DNA of 61,897 nucleotides, filler included, from Chiloscyllium plagiosum (lineage: Eukaryota), in the NCBI RefSeq assembly GCF_004010195.1. It is 5 parts of one record of this genome, joined end to end, with 100 filler letters (N's around TTAATTAATTAA, not from the genome) between each part and the next. Parts side by side here need not be neighbours in the genome. Positions count along the whole stretch, not along the records: positions 52,333 to 61,897 come from NC_057715.1; 4 more parts are not named here. One strand, given 5' to 3'. Positions 61,447 through 61,897 of this stretch are shown in pieces (positions within the stretch are counted from its first letter, which is position 1; the number at the start of each line of letters is the position of its first letter). A model generated the notes under the pieces. The model was not told the DNA's origin and ran no database searches. It saw only the letters and a list, made by a program, of their open reading frames with translations. Made by a program: the position numbers and the translations under genes.

Positions 61447-61770
61447 AGTTAAAAATCACACAACACCAGGTTATAGTCCAACAGGTTTAATTGGAAGCAC
61501 ACTAGCTTTCGGAGCGACGCTCCTTCATCAGCCCTCATCAGATTGAGTGGAGGGCTCAATCCTAACCCACAGAATTTATAGCAAAAATTTACAGTGTGAT
61601 GTAACTTAAATTATACATTGAAAAATTGATTGTCTGTTAAGCCTTTCATTTGTTATAATACAGTGATAGTTTCACTTCTTTCATGTGTAAATCACAAAAC
61701 CCTTTTTTTTAAAGTTGCATTCTCGGGTTAGCTGTTAACAATGGTGATAGCTAGACAATATGTTGAAGGT
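61447..61770 (-). mobile_element. PLE family B 3' end with intact hammerhead core (61503-61531)
   Basis: CTGATGA-A-GGAGC-GTC-GCTCC-GAAA-GCTA-GTG on the minus strand; the rest matches 31190-31350. Confidence 0.8.
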
Positions 61771-61897
61771 GAAAGTGAGGTCTGCAGATACTGGAGATCA
61801 GAGCTGAAAATGTGTTGCTGGAAAAGCGCAGCAGGTCAGGCAGCATCCAGGGAACAGGAGAATCGATGTTTCGGGCATAAGCCCTTCTTCAGGAATG
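61770..61897 (-). mobile_element. PLE family A pLTR with intact hammerhead core (61861-61896), running off the window end
   Basis: ATTC-CTGAAGA-A-GGGC-TTAT-GCCC-GAAAC-ATC-GATT. Confidence 0.8.

Overview
Repeat-saturated vertebrate genomic DNA. The HE1-type tRNA-derived SINEs and HER1/CR1 LINEs point to an elasmobranch (shark/ray); this is inference. I cannot support any intact cellular protein-coding gene. The window contains: (i) many nested CR1-clade LINEs, including one degenerate full-length copy (437-5056); (ii) a deleted but complete-framework endogenous retrovirus on the minus strand (12485-18757) with two TG..CA LTRs, a GTGG target-site duplication (TSD), a tRNA-Ser primer-binding site (PBS), gag CCHC, DTG protease, an LPQGFHNSP reverse transcriptase (RT) and a gamma-type env TM; (iii) two Ty3/Gypsy elements, the better-preserved one with integrase upstream of RT (Gmr1-like order); (iv) three Penelope-like element (PLE) families, each with its own minimal hammerhead ribozyme (HHR), one of which forms TSD-flanked ~0.2-kb palindromes with back-to-back hammerheads; (v) a ~1.08-kb CpG-rich non-repetitive segment with no long ORF that replaces the RT core of a young CR1 (54862-55939); and (vi) a chain of minus-strand exon-like islands that may be a decayed multi-exon gene. 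Four 100-bp gaps carry an artificial TTAATTAATTAA linker. All calls were made by eye without database searches, and boundaries are approximate unless a TSD or terminal motif is given.
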